From positions 2,847 to 66,846 of the forward strand of contig JBHHYV010000003.1 of the NCBI GenBank assembly GCA_046757685.1: a DNA stretch of 64,000 nt, written 5' to 3'. The position numbers were made by a program, and so were the translations under genes. The notes under the pieces were generated by a model. The model worked only from the letters and a program-made list of their open reading frames with translations, did not search any database and had not been told where the DNA came from. How positions within the stretch are numbered: position 1 is the first letter of the stretch; each line of letters begins with the position of its first letter. Of this stretch, positions 1 to 12,234 are shown piece by piece. This DNA comes from Myxococcota bacterium (GTDB lineage: Bacteria; Myxococcota_A; UBA9160; SZUA-336).

Positions 1-2290
<2,290 letters not shown>

Positions 2291-2312
2291 TCCTCCTGCG
2301 GGCGCGACGACG

Positions 2313-3485
2313 ATGCGAATCGAGGGCTTCCGGGCGGCGGGCGTCGCCTGCGGCATCAAGGGCGGCGGGGCGCTCGACCTGGCGCTGATCGCGTCGGATC
2401 GTCCGGCGTCCGTGGCGGGGGTGTTCACGCGCAACCAGTTCCCGGGGGCCCCGGTCCGGGTCTCGCGGGCCCGCGCCCGGCGAGGCGCGGGTCGCGCTGT
2501 GGTCGTCAACAGTGGAGTCGCGAACGTGGCGACGGGCCCGGAGGGGCTCGCCGCCGCCCGCGCCATGGCCCGGGTCGCGGCCCGGGGTCTCGGCGTTCGC
2601 GAGGGCCTGGTGACGGTGGCGTCGACCGGCGTGATTGGTCCGGCCCTGCCGCTCGCGCGCATCGAGGCGGGCATCCCCCTCGCGATCCGGGGTCTCTCGG
2701 CTTCGGGCTGGGGACGCGCTGCCCGCGCCATCCTCACGACCGACACGCGGCCCAAGCGTGCGCACGTGGCGGCGCGGGGCTTCGGTCTCGGAGGCATCGC
2801 AAAGGGCGCCGGCATGACCATGCCGCGGATGGCGACCATGCTCTCGTTCCTGGCGACCGACCTCGCGGTCGAGGCGAGCTTCCTGCGCGAGGCTTTGAGG
2901 GAAGCGGTGGATCCCACCTTCAACGCGCTCACGATCGACGGTGAGACGAGTACGAGCGATACAGTGCTGTTCTTCGCGAACGGCGCGGCAGGCAACCGGC
3001 CGCTCCGCTCGGGGAGCGCCCGGGCGTCCGAGCTTCGCGCCGCGCTGCGAGAGGTCTGCGGCTCGCTCGTCGAGCAGCTGGCCCGCGACGGCGAGGGAGT
3101 CAGCAAGCTCGCTGATGTCTACGTGCAGGGGGCGCGCCGCACGCGAGACGCGGAGCGCGTTGCACGCTCGGTGGCGAACTCGCTGCTGGTCAAGACGGCG
3201 CTCTTCGGGCGCGACCCCAACTGGGGACGGATCGTCCAGGCAGCCGGGGCGGCTGGCGTGCGCCTGGCCCCGGAACGCCTGGGTGTGCGGCTGGCCGGAG
3301 TGGATCTGCTGCGCGGCGGGCGGCCCGTGGGCGGCGAGCGGGCCCTCGGACGCGCCGCCCGAGGGCTGCGCCGTCGGCGCGTCACGATCGAGGTGTCGCT
3401 CGGGATGGGATCTGCACGTGCGCACGTGCTCACCACCGACCTCACCTACGAGTACGTCCGGATCAACGCCGAGTACACGACGTGA
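2313..3485 (+). CDS. argJ: Bifunctional ornithine acetyltransferase / N-acetylglutamate synthase ArgJ
   Basis: MRIEGFRAAGVACGIKGGG N-terminus, ILTTDT motif and the ATML autoprocessing site (ATMLSFLATD). The ATG at 2313 is in the frame of ORF 2166..3485. Confidence 0.9.
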   Translation: MRIEGFRAAGVACGIKGGGALDLALIASDRPASVAGVFTRNQFPGAPVRVSRARARRGAGRAVVVNSGVANVATGPEGLAAARAMARVAARGLGVREGLVTVASTGVIGPALPLARIEAGIPLAIRGLSASGWGRAARAILTTDTRPKRAHVAARGFGLGGIAKGAGMTMPRMATMLSFLATDLAVEASFLREALREAVDPTFNALTIDGETSTSDTVLFFANGAAGNRPLRSGSARASELRAALREVCGSLVEQLARDGEGVSKLADVYVQGARRTRDAERVARSVANSLLVKTALFGRDPNWGRIVQAAGAAGVRLAPERLGVRLAGVDLLRGGRPVGGERALGRAARGLRRRRVTIEVSLGMGSARAHVLTTDLTYEYVRINAEYTT

Positions 3486-4195
3486 TCGAGCTGATCTTCG
3501 TGCGCCACGGGCAGCCCGACTGGGAGCCCGGCGGTCGGGCCGTGGACGAGCCGCAGCTCTCGAAGCTCGGGAAGATGCAGGCCGAGCGCGTGGCCCAGGC
3601 GCTCGGGCGTGAGCGGATCGACCGGCTCTACACCAGCACGATGCGCCGCGCGGTCGAGACCGGCGCCCCCCTCGCCGAGCAGCTCGATCGTGCGCCGGTG
3701 CGCCTCTCATGGCTCCGCGAGCTGGGGCTGCCGACGCTGCACGGCCAGACCACGGCCGAGGTGGGCGCCTTCTTCGAGCGCGCCCGGGCTCGCGAGCTGG
3801 AGCAGTGGTGGGATGGGCTGGAGGGCGGCGAGTCGTTCCGCCACTTCCACGAGCGGGTCTCTGCCGGGATCGATGGGCTGCTCTGCCAGGGGCACGGCGC
3901 GAGGCTCCACCTGGACGGGGCCCACCGCCTCTGGCGCCCGCAGCCGCCCGCGGCGGGCGCGGCCGAGGACGGCCCCCAGCGCATCGTGCTCGTCGCCCAC
4001 GGGGGGTCGATCTCGGTCGCGGTCACTCACCTGCTGGGCATGGAGCCGGTCCCCTGGGCCCACGAGCGGACCCAGCTGGGCTGGGCGGGCCTGGTGCGCC
4101 TGCGCATGGTGCCGATCGCGGGTGCCTGGATCTGGTCGCTCGACCGCTGGAACGAGCGCGGCCACCTGGCGGGGCTGCCGGACCCGGCGGGTTGA
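3482..4195 (+). CDS. Histidine phosphatase family protein (phosphoglycerate mutase-like)
   Basis: RHG catalytic motif near the N-terminus (IFVRHGQP), typical length, and a 4-nt ATGA overlap with argJ. Confidence 0.7.
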   Translation: MIELIFVRHGQPDWEPGGRAVDEPQLSKLGKMQAERVAQALGRERIDRLYTSTMRRAVETGAPLAEQLDRAPVRLSWLRELGLPTLHGQTTAEVGAFFERARARELEQWWDGLEGGESFRHFHERVSAGIDGLLCQGHGARLHLDGAHRLWRPQPPAAGAAEDGPQRIVLVAHGGSISVAVTHLLGMEPVPWAHERTQLGWAGLVRLRMVPIAGAWIWSLDRWNERGHLAGLPDPAG

Positions 4196-4428
4196 GGGTG
4201 GACTGATTCCATCGCGTTTACGCACGCTTACCTTGAGTCGCGGCGCTCGGTCTGCTAATCAGTGCCCATCGGTCGCTCCCCTTCACCGGGGCCTCCGAAA
4301 TCCACACGTCCCGTCCGGTCCGGGTTGCCCGACGGCGAGACCGGGAGCCGGGAGACCGGCTCAGGGGCGGAGGTCATAAACCCAGAGTCGCTCCGTGGGA
4401 AGGGGCGACCGAACCGGGAGACGGTCGA
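4196..4428 (+). promoter_or_regulatory. Long 5' leader / promoter region upstream of rpsB-tsf
   Basis: About 230 nt of non-coding sequence precedes rpsB. rpsB operons commonly carry an autoregulatory leader. This is a positional inference only. Confidence 0.3.
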
Positions 4429-5436
4429 GTGACGCAAACCGCGATCTCGATGCGGGAGCTGCTCGATGCCGGTGTCCACTTCGGACACCAGACGCGGCGC
4501 TGGCATCCGCACATGAAGCCATTCCTCTACGGGGAGCGAAATGGCATCCACATCATCAACCTGCAGTACACGCTGCCCCGCTTCCGGCAGGCGGCGGAGT
4601 TCCTGACCGAGGTCGTGGCGGGCGGCGGCAGGGTGCTCTTCGTCGCCACCAAGCGACAGGCGCAGGACATCCTCTCCGAGCAGGCGCGCGCGTGCGGCAT
4701 GCCCTTCGTGCACCGGCGCTGGCTCGGTGGGATGCTGACCAACTTCCGGACGATCCGGCGTGGAATCGACCGCTACAAGGAGCTGAACGAGCTCCTCAGT
4801 GACGAGGAGAACTCGGCCGGGCTCTCGAAGAAGGAGCGCTCGAAGCTGGTCCGCGAGCAGCTCAAGCTGCACAAGGCGTTCGAGGGGCTCATCGACATCG
4901 AGCGGCCGCCCGACTGCCTCTTCGTGATCGACATCCGGCGCGAACATCTCGCGATCAAGGAGGCGCAGCGCCTCCAGCTCCCGATCGTCGCGATCGTCGA
5001 CTCGAACTGCGATCCGGACGGCATCGACTACCCGGTTCCGGGGAACGACGACGCCATGCGCGCCATCCGCCTCTACTGCGAGAAGGCCGCCCAGGCCTGT
5101 CTGCTCGGTGCCGAGCTCCACAACCAGAGAATCATCGCGGAGGACCACGCGGCCGCGCGAGAGGAGCCTGCCGACGTGGCGGTGGCTCCGGCGGGCAAGC
5201 GGGTCGTCGAGATCACCCAGCCCGTGCGGCGCCCGGCGCGCCTGGAGCGGGAGGCCAAGCGCCAGCGGGAGGAGCTGGCGGCGGAGGAGAAGGCGGCCGG
5301 CGAGGCGGCGGCCCGGAGCGCGCCCGAGGGCGACGCCCCGGTCGCCGAGGGCGAGGCCGGGCCTGCCGCCGAAGGGGAGCCCGAGCGGGCGGCCGCGCCC
5401 AAGGCGAGCGCCGAAGCCGCCGATGGGGACGCTTGA
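4429..5436 (+). CDS. rpsB: 30S ribosomal protein S2 with an about 90-aa acidic/Ala-rich C-terminal extension
   Basis: N-terminus MRELLDAGVHFGHQTRRWHPHM; conserved S2 core, followed by a low-complexity Ala/Glu/Pro tail. Confidence 0.95.
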   Translation: MTQTAISMRELLDAGVHFGHQTRRWHPHMKPFLYGERNGIHIINLQYTLPRFRQAAEFLTEVVAGGGRVLFVATKRQAQDILSEQARACGMPFVHRRWLGGMLTNFRTIRRGIDRYKELNELLSDEENSAGLSKKERSKLVREQLKLHKAFEGLIDIERPPDCLFVIDIRREHLAIKEAQRLQLPIVAIVDSNCDPDGIDYPVPGNDDAMRAIRLYCEKAAQACLLGAELHNQRIIAEDHAAAREEPADVAVAPAGKRVVEITQPVRRPARLEREAKRQREELAAEEKAAGEAAARSAPEGDAPVAEGEAGPAAEGEPERAAAPKASAEAADGDA

Positions 5437-5468
5437 GAGACGGATCCGGAAACAGGGAGACACGAGCG

Positions 5469-6326
5469 GTGGCAGAGATCTCGGCGGGACAGGTGAAGGT
5501 GCTCCGGCAGCGGACCGGGGCCGGCATGATGGACTGCAAGAAGGCCCTGATCGAGGCGGAGGGCGACCTCGAGCGCGCCAGCGACGTGCTGAGGGAGCGA
5601 GGGCTGCTCAAGGCGCGCAAGCGCCTCGGCCGCGAGACCCTCGAGGGCCGTGTCGAGGCGAGTCTGACCCCCGATCGAAGGCGAGGGGCGCTCGTCGAGC
5701 TGAACTGCGAGACGGACTTCGTGGCCAAGACCGACGAGTTCGTCCAGCTGGCGCAGAGCCTCGCGAAGAGAGCGCGGGACGCGCAGGTGCAGAGTGTCGC
5801 GGAGCTGCTGGCCGAGCGCGACTCGGACGCGAGCCTCGGGGATCGCGTCGAGAGCGCAATCGCGAAGCTCGGAGAGAACGTACAGGTGCGTCGTGTCGTC
5901 TGCTTCGAGGCCCCGGAGGGCGGCCGGATCTCCAGCTACATTCATGCGGGCGGGAAGATCGGAGTGATGGTCGAGACCGCCTCGAGCGACCCGGGAGACG
6001 CGAAGCTGACGGCGCTTGCGCACAACCTCTGCATGCACGTGGCGGCGGCCAACCCGATCGCCGTATCGCGCGACGAGATCCCTGCCAGGATCGTCGAGCG
6101 CGAGCGGAAGGCGCTCGAGGTGCAGGCCGCCCAGGAGGGCAAGCCCGCGCACATCCTCGAGAAGATGATCGACGGCCGGATGGGAAAGTTCTTCCGGGAG
6201 GTGGCGCTGCTCGAGCAACCGCTGGTGATGGATCCCGATCGGAGCGTCGGAAAGGCTCTCGAGGAGGCCCGCGCCAGCGTCACGCGCTTTGCCCGATTCC
6301 AGCTGGGAGATGAGCTCGAAGAATGA
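5469..6326 (+). CDS. tsf: Elongation factor Ts
   Basis: [27 protein letters not shown]-terminus. A GTG at 5469 gives a canonical EF-Ts start; the ORF track starts at 5433. Confidence 0.9.
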   Translation: MAEISAGQVKVLRQRTGAGMMDCKKALIEAEGDLERASDVLRERGLLKARKRLGRETLEGRVEASLTPDRRRGALVELNCETDFVAKTDEFVQLAQSLAKRARDAQVQSVAELLAERDSDASLGDRVESAIAKLGENVQVRRVVCFEAPEGGRISSYIHAGGKIGVMVETASSDPGDAKLTALAHNLCMHVAAANPIAVSRDEIPARIVERERKALEVQAAQEGKPAHILEKMIDGRMGKFFREVALLEQPLVMDPDRSVGKALEEARASVTRFARFQLGDELEE

Positions 6327-7036
6327 AGCCCGTGTACGAGCGCGTCCTTCTCAAGGTGTCGGGGCAGAGCCTGGCCGGAGGGGCGGGGTTCGGGATCAGC
6401 ACCGAGGCGATTCGTGCGACGGCACAGGAGATCGCGGAGGTCCGGGCCCTGGGCGTTACGATGGGCGTGGTCGTCGGCGGAGGCAACATCATTCGCGGGA
6501 TCGCAGCGTCCGCCGAAGGCATGAACCGGACGTCGGCGGACTACATGGGCATGCTGGCGGGGGTGATGAACGCCCTGGCGCTCCAGGACGCGCTCGAACG
6601 CTGCGGCGCGGCCACCCGGGTGATGTCCGCGATCGAGGTCAAGCAGGTCTGCGAGCCGCACATCCGGCGGCGAGCGCTGCGGCATCTCGAGAAGGGTCGG
6701 ATCGTGATCTTCGCGGCGGGCACCGGGAACCCCTTCTTCACGACCGATACGGGCGCAGCGCTGCGCGCCATGGAGACCGAGAGTGACTGCCTGCTCAAGG
6801 GGACCCGGGTGGACGGCGTCTACGACGCCGATCCCGAGAAGTTCCCGGAGGCCCGGCTCTACCAGCGGATCAGCTACCGCGAGTTTCTACACAAGAATCT
6901 GGGCGTGATGGACGGGACGGCCATCTCGCTGTGTCAGGATAACAAGCTCCCAATCGTGGTCTTCAACATGGCCGTGCCGGGGAACCTCAGGAGGGTCGTC
7001 TGCGGCGCTTCGATCGGCACTGCCGTCGCCGCCTAG
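6323..7036 (+). CDS. pyrH: Uridylate kinase
   Basis: [26 protein letters not shown] and [16 protein letters not shown] motifs; overlaps the tsf stop by 4 nt. Confidence 0.95.
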   Translation: MKPVYERVLLKVSGQSLAGGAGFGISTEAIRATAQEIAEVRALGVTMGVVVGGGNIIRGIAASAEGMNRTSADYMGMLAGVMNALALQDALERCGAATRVMSAIEVKQVCEPHIRRRALRHLEKGRIVIFAAGTGNPFFTTDTGAALRAMETESDCLLKGTRVDGVYDADPEKFPEARLYQRISYREFLHKNLGVMDGTAISLCQDNKLPIVVFNMAVPGNLRRVVCGASIGTAVAA

Positions 7037-7049
7037 GAGACTCGAGCCC

Positions 7050-7619
7050 ATGCCCGAGGAAGAGGTCGACCTGATTCTCGTGGAGGCCCGCGAGGCCATG
7101 CAGAAGAGCATCGAGAGCCTGAAGCGCGATCTGGACCGGGTCCGGACCGGACGCGCGAACCCCGCCCTGCTCGATGGCGTGCAGGTCGACTACTATGGGA
7201 CCGCGACGCCCCTCAAGCAGCTGGCGACCGTCCAGGTGCCGGAGCCGCGGCTGATCACGGTGCAGCCCTTCGACCGGGGCGCGCTGGCCGAGATCGAGCG
7301 GGGGATCCTGAAGGCGGACCTCGGCCTGATGCCGTCGAACGACGGGAAGCTGATCCGGATCCCTGTCCCGGAGCTGACCGAGGAGAGGCGACGGGAGCTG
7401 GTGAAGCAGGTGCGGAAGATGGGCGAAGAGCACAAGCTGGGCGTGCGCAACGCCCGTCGAGACTCGGTCGCCATGCTGAAGGACCTCGAGCACTCGGGGG
7501 ACCTGGGCGAGGACGAATCGCGTACGGGACAGCGAAAGGTGCAGTCGTTGACCGACGACTCGATCGCAAAGCTCGATGCCCTGGTCAAGGCCAAGGAGGA
7601 GGAGATCCTCACGATCTGA
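7050..7619 (+). CDS. frr: Ribosome recycling factor
   Basis: 189 aa; RRF signature LDGVQVDYYG...LITVQPFD...RRDSV. Confidence 0.95.
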   Translation: MPEEEVDLILVEAREAMQKSIESLKRDLDRVRTGRANPALLDGVQVDYYGTATPLKQLATVQVPEPRLITVQPFDRGALAEIERGILKADLGLMPSNDGKLIRIPVPELTEERRRELVKQVRKMGEEHKLGVRNARRDSVAMLKDLEHSGDLGEDESRTGQRKVQSLTDDSIAKLDALVKAKEEEILTI

Positions 7620-7624
7620 CGCCC

Positions 7625-8365
7625 ATGGCGCGACTCGATCCAGACAAGCTACCCTTTCACGTGGCGATCATCCCGGACGGCAACGGTCGCTGGGCCGAGT
7701 GCCGCGGCCTCGCACGATTGGAAGGACATCGGCGCGGTACCGAGAACGTCCGCACCGTGATGCGCGCGGCGCATGAGCTCGGAATCCGGGCGCTGACCTT
7801 CTACGCCTTCTCGATCGAGAACTGGCGCCGCCCCGAGGCGGAGGTGGACGGGCTGATGGACCTGCTGGCCGACTACCTGGCACGGGAGGCCGAGGAGCTG
7901 ATGCGCAACGGAATCCGCCTGCAGGCGATCGGCCGCCTCCGGGACCTGCCGCCGCGACTCGTTCGGGAGCTCGAAGCGGTGGTCGCACGGACGGAGGGAA
8001 ACGAAGAGATGCTCGTGACCTTCGCGCTCTCGTACAGCGGCCGGACCGAGGTCGTCGACGCCGCGCGCCGGCTTGCGCGAGAGGTCGAGAGCGGGCGGGT
8101 CGAGGCGGACGCGATCGACGAGAAGTGCTTCGAGTCCTACCTGTACGCGCCTGGAATGCCCGACCCGGACCTGCTCATCCGCACCGGCGGCGAGAGCCGG
8201 ATCTCGAACTGCCTGATGTGGCAGCTCGCCTATAGCGAGCTCTACTTCAGCGGGAAGATGTGGCCGGACTTCGCCAAGGCCGACCTCGTCGAGGCGCTGG
8301 TCGCCTTCCAGGCGCGCGAGCGCCGCTTCGGGCGAACCGGCGAGCAGATCCGGGTGCGACGATGA
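7625..8365 (+). CDS. uppS: Undecaprenyl pyrophosphate synthase (ditrans,polycis)
   Basis: HVAIIPDGNGRWA, TFYAFSIENWRRP and LLIRTGGESRISNCLMWQLAYSELYF motifs. Confidence 0.95.
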   Translation: MARLDPDKLPFHVAIIPDGNGRWAECRGLARLEGHRRGTENVRTVMRAAHELGIRALTFYAFSIENWRRPEAEVDGLMDLLADYLAREAEELMRNGIRLQAIGRLRDLPPRLVRELEAVVARTEGNEEMLVTFALSYSGRTEVVDAARRLAREVESGRVEADAIDEKCFESYLYAPGMPDPDLLIRTGGESRISNCLMWQLAYSELYFSGKMWPDFAKADLVEALVAFQARERRFGRTGEQIRVRR

Positions 8366-9516
8366 GGCGGGTTGCGCTCCTGGGCTCCACGGGCTCGATC
8401 GGGACCCAGACGCTCCAGGTCGCGGCCTCCCATCCCGACGAGGTGAGCGTCTCGGCCCTGGCCGCGGGCCGGAACGTCGACCTGCTGATCCAGCAGGCCA
8501 AGGACTTCCATCCCCAGGTCGTCTCCGTAGCCCGCTCCGAGGACGAGGCGCGGGTTCGCGAGGCACTCTCCGATCTTTCCATCGAGGTGCGCTCCGGAGC
8601 TGCGGGGCTCCGCGCCGTAGCCGAGGCCGAGGCCGACCTCGTGATCGGTGCGCTCGTCGGGAGCGTCGGCCTCGACCCGGTGCTCGCCGCGCTTGCCTGC
8701 GGACGCGACGTGGCGCTGGCGAACAAGGAAGTGCTGGTCATGGCGGGTCCGCTCGTGCTGAGCTGCGCGCGCGCCCATGGGGCCCGGCTCGTACCGCTGG
8801 ACTCCGAGCACGTCGCGATCCACAAGTGCCTGGCGGGGCATCCGACGGATGGGGTCGCTCGGCTGTGGCTGACGGCGTCGGGTGGGCCCTTCCGGACGTG
8901 GAGCCCCGAGCGCATCCGTGCCGCGACTCGCGAGGAAGCCCTCGCCCATCCGAACTGGGACATGGGTCCGAAGATCACGATCGACTCGGCCACGCTCATG
9001 AACAAGGGGTTCGAGGTGATCGAGGCGCGCTGGCTCTTCGACGTTCCCGCGCCGCAGATCTCGGTCGTGATCCACCCAGAGAGCGTGATCCACTCGCTGG
9101 TGGAGTACATCGACGGCTGCTGGCTGGCTCAGCTGTCGGTTCCCGACATGCGCATCCCGATCGCCTACGTGCTGGGAATGCCGAGCCGCTTTGCGCTGCC
9201 CGAGCTGCCCCCCCTCGACCTGGTCTCCGTGGGCCAGCTGCACTTCGAGGCGCCAGACTTCGAGCGCTTCCCCGCGCTGCGCGTCGCGCTCGCGGCCGCG
9301 GCAGAGGGGGGTACGGCGCCCGCTGCGCTCAACGCCGCCAACGAGGTGGCGGTGGCCGCCTTTCTCGCCGGGCGGATCGCATTCACCCGGATTGCTGAAA
9401 CGGTCGATGCGGTGGTAGGAGAGGTCCCCGTGCGTCCGGGTCTGGACCTGTCCGAAATCCGCGAGGTGGATCGCCTGGCTCGGCAGCACGCGACCGCCCG
9501 CATCGAGGAGCGGTAG
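8362..9516 (+). CDS. dxr: 1-deoxy-D-xylulose 5-phosphate reductoisomerase
   Basis: MRRVALLGSTGSIGTQTL, LANKEVLVMAG and NKGFEVIEARWLF motifs. The ATG at 8362 overlaps the uppS stop. Confidence 0.95.
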   Translation: MRRVALLGSTGSIGTQTLQVAASHPDEVSVSALAAGRNVDLLIQQAKDFHPQVVSVARSEDEARVREALSDLSIEVRSGAAGLRAVAEAEADLVIGALVGSVGLDPVLAALACGRDVALANKEVLVMAGPLVLSCARAHGARLVPLDSEHVAIHKCLAGHPTDGVARLWLTASGGPFRTWSPERIRAATREEALAHPNWDMGPKITIDSATLMNKGFEVIEARWLFDVPAPQISVVIHPESVIHSLVEYIDGCWLAQLSVPDMRIPIAYVLGMPSRFALPELPPLDLVSVGQLHFEAPDFERFPALRVALAAAAEGGTAPAALNAANEVAVAAFLAGRIAFTRIAETVDAVVGEVPVRPGLDLSEIREVDRLARQHATARIEER

Positions 9517-9519
9517 CCG

Positions 9520-11133
9520 ATGAGCGCGGGAGACTACCTGGGGCCCTTCGCCCTCCTGCTGGGCGGGCTGGTCTTCGTCCACGAGCTGGGGCACTTCCTG
9601 GTGGCCAAGGCGCTCGGAGTCAAGGTGGAGCGGTTCTCGATCGGGATCGGCCCGGCGCTGATCCACCGCCGCTTCGGCGAGACCGACTACCAGCTCGCCT
9701 GGCTGCCCCTCGGGGGCTACGTGAAGATGCTCGGCGAGATCCCCGGCGAGCCGCTCCCGGAGGCGGAGGCCGCTCGCAGCTTCAACGGTCAGGCCGTCTG
9801 GAAGCGCGTGGCGATCGCGCTCGCGGGTCCGGGAATGAACTTCCTCCTGCCCGTGGTGCTGCTCGGGGCGGCCTACTGGGTCGGCATGCCCTCGCCGACC
9901 AGTCGAATCGGCGCGGTCCTGCCGGGCTCGCCGGCCGCGGAGGCAGGCCTGCGCCCCGGCGATCGCGTGGTCCGGGTGGCGGGAGAGCCCGTCGCGAGCT
10001 GGCAGGACCTCACGGCGGCCTGGGAGGAGCCCGCAGGGGGACCGGTTCCACTCGAGATCGAACGCTCGGGAACGCGCCTGCAGGTCGAGATCGCGGCCGA
10101 GCCCTTCGATGCGCTCGGAATCGAGCACGACGCGCGCTCGGCGACGGTCGCAGTCCTGTCTCCGGAGATGCCCGCCGGCCGGGCCGGGGTCCAGACGGGC
10201 GACCGCATCGTGCGCGTGAACGCCACTCCGGTCGAGAGCTGGGAGGAGGCTTCCGCTGCGCTGGCAACGGCTGCCGGCCCGCTCGAGCTCGAGGTCGAGA
10301 GGCGCCTGCCGGAGGGCGAGCGGGCGCACGTGATCCTGAAGATCGCGAGCCCTCCGCGCCGCCCTTCGCCGACGGCCCTGGGCCTGACTCCGGCCGGGCT
10401 CGAGATCGCGACGGTGGATCCCGAGAGCCCGGCAGGACGCGCGGGGCTCGAGCCCGGCGACCTGCTGCGGAGCGTCGACGGGGCTCCGATCCAGAGCTTC
10501 CAGTCGCTCGCGGTGCGGGTGCGGGCCAGCCGGGGCCGCTCGCTCCAGCTGCAGGTCCTGCGCGACGGCGAGCTGCGGACGGTCTCGGTGGCTCCCGAGC
10601 AGCGGGTGCTCGAGCGGCGCGGCCGGGCGGAGCGGGTCTTCGCAATCGGAGTGGGCGGAGTGCCGGTGGCGCGCGTCCCCGGAGAGAGCGTCCTGGAGGT
10701 CGCACACAACCCCTTCGTGGCGCTCGCGCGCGGAGCCGCCCGCACGTGGGACATCACCGTCAGTACCTTCGCGGGGCTGGGTATGCTGGTCGCGGGCCAG
10801 GTGGGTCGCGAGAGCCTGGCCGGTCCCATCGGGATCGGCAAGCTGGCGGCGGACTTCTTCCAGCTCGGCTGGCTGCCCTTCGTCCACATCATGGCGATCA
10901 TCAGCGTGAACCTGGCGATCCTGAACCTGCTCCCGGTGCCGATCCTGGACGGGGGCCAGATCGTCTTCGCCCTGGCCGAGGGAATGAAGGGTGAGCCCCT
11001 CTCCCTCCGGGTCCGCGAGATCGCGGCGCAGGTGGGCGTCTCGCTGCTGGTGCTCTTGATGGCCTTCGCCTTCTGGAACGATCTCTCGCGCTACTGGTCG
11101 AGCATCGTCGACTACTTCCAGGGCCTCGTCTGA
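9520..11133 (+). CDS. rseP: RIP site-2 zinc metalloprotease RseP with two PDZ domains
   Basis: HELGH zinc motif at the N-terminus, two PDZ-like segments, C-terminal LDGG motif; 537 aa. Confidence 0.9.
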   Translation: MSAGDYLGPFALLLGGLVFVHELGHFLVAKALGVKVERFSIGIGPALIHRRFGETDYQLAWLPLGGYVKMLGEIPGEPLPEAEAARSFNGQAVWKRVAIALAGPGMNFLLPVVLLGAAYWVGMPSPTSRIGAVLPGSPAAEAGLRPGDRVVRVAGEPVASWQDLTAAWEEPAGGPVPLEIERSGTRLQVEIAAEPFDALGIEHDARSATVAVLSPEMPAGRAGVQTGDRIVRVNATPVESWEEASAALATAAGPLELEVERRLPEGERAHVILKIASPPRRPSPTALGLTPAGLEIATVDPESPAGRAGLEPGDLLRSVDGAPIQSFQSLAVRVRASRGRSLQLQVLRDGELRTVSVAPEQRVLERRGRAERVFAIGVGGVPVARVPGESVLEVAHNPFVALARGAARTWDITVSTFAGLGMLVAGQVGRESLAGPIGIGKLAADFFQLGWLPFVHIMAIISVNLAILNLLPVPILDGGQIVFALAEGMKGEPLSLRVREIAAQVGVSLLVLLMAFAFWNDLSRYWSSIVDYFQGLV

Positions 11134-11156
11134 GGTCGCCGTCCCTCGTCCTCGCC

Positions 11157-11849
11157 GTGGAGACGGCGACGGAGCAGGGGGGGGTCGCGCTCCTGGAGGG
11201 GGAGAGCCTCCTGGCCGAGCAGATCCAGAGCGAGCCGCCTCCCCGGGCCGCCTCGCTCCTGCCCCAGATCGACGCTCTGCTTCGTTCGTGCGAGCGCAGG
11301 CTGGACGAGGTGACGGGTGTCGCCCTGTCGGTGGGACCGGGCTCGTTCACGGGGCTGCGGGTCGGTCTCTCGACGGTGCTGGGTCTGTGCTTCGAGACTG
11401 CCCGTCCCGTCGCCCCGGTGGCCACCCTGGCGGCCCTGTCGCTCCAGGCGGGTGGCGCGCCGCGCGTCGCGCCCTGGCTCGACGCCCGCAAGGGCCAGGT
11501 GTACGCCGGGCTGTACTCGGGCGGCGGCGTGGCGCTGCGACCCGACGCGGTGACCGAGCCGCTGGCCTGGCTCCGCTCGCTCGAGGGGCGCGGGCCGCTG
11601 ACCTTCCTGGGCCCCGGGGCGGATCTCTATCGCAACGAGATCGAGAGCGTGCTCGGCGACTCGGCCCGGATCGTTCACGGACCGCTCGGGGGGCCGCGCG
11701 CGGCGAGCGTCGGGGTTCTGGGTGCCCGGCTCCTGGCTTCGGGCCGTGGGGTCGCCGCGAGCGAGGTCGAGCTCCGCTACCTTCGGCCGCCCGACGCCGT
11801 CCCGGCGTCCGCGGGTCGTGGACAGCGCGGCCCGAAACCCGTAGCCTAG
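11157..11849 (+). CDS. tsaB: tRNA t6A biosynthesis protein TsaB (YeaZ). The true N-terminus probably starts a few codons upstream at a non-ATG codon
   Basis: The in-frame upstream codons encode LVLAVETATE, the canonical TsaB start region, and GPGSFTGLRVGL is present. The GTG at 11157 is the first listed start. No stop lies between the rseP stop and this start. Confidence 0.8.
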   Translation: METATEQGGVALLEGESLLAEQIQSEPPPRAASLLPQIDALLRSCERRLDEVTGVALSVGPGSFTGLRVGLSTVLGLCFETARPVAPVATLAALSLQAGGAPRVAPWLDARKGQVYAGLYSGGGVALRPDAVTEPLAWLRSLEGRGPLTFLGPGADLYRNEIESVLGDSARIVHGPLGGPRAASVGVLGARLLASGRGVAASEVELRYLRPPDAVPASAGRGQRGPKPVA

Positions 11850-11875
11850 CCGGGACTCAGGTTTCGCGAGGTTCG

Positions 11876-12100
11876 ATGGAGAGTTACGAGCGCGACCGAA
11901 TCGAGGCGCTGGCCTCCGAAGACCCGCAACTCCACCAGCTGTGGACGGAGCATCAGGAGATCGAGCGCCGCCTCTCGGCGCTCGAGGCGGTACGCTACCG
12001 GTCCACGGATGAAGAGCTGGAGCGCAAGCGTCTTCAGAAGACCAAGCTCTCCGGAATGGATCGAATCGCCGCGATTCTCGCGCAGCGCTCCGGGGCCTGA
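11876..12100 (+). CDS. DUF465 (YdcH-like) small protein
   Basis: 74 aa with a DUF465-like pattern (ESYERDRIEALASEDPQLHQLWTEHQEIERRL). Confidence 0.6.
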   Translation: MESYERDRIEALASEDPQLHQLWTEHQEIERRLSALEAVRYRSTDEELERKRLQKTKLSGMDRIAAILAQRSGA

Positions 12101-12234
12101 CTGCGAGGATCGGGGCAGGGCTCCGGGGCCACGCGACGCTTTCGAGGTAGGGAAGGCAGCCTGCGGAGCCGGGTCGCAGTCGCCAGGTGGCGCGCCACCC
12201 GCTTTGGAGTGCGCGCGGCAGACAGGGGAACGCC

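Noticed and set aside
8242-10887. 881-aa minus-strand ORF antisense to dxr/rseP
   Set aside because: Antisense GC-bias artefact; no domain signatures.
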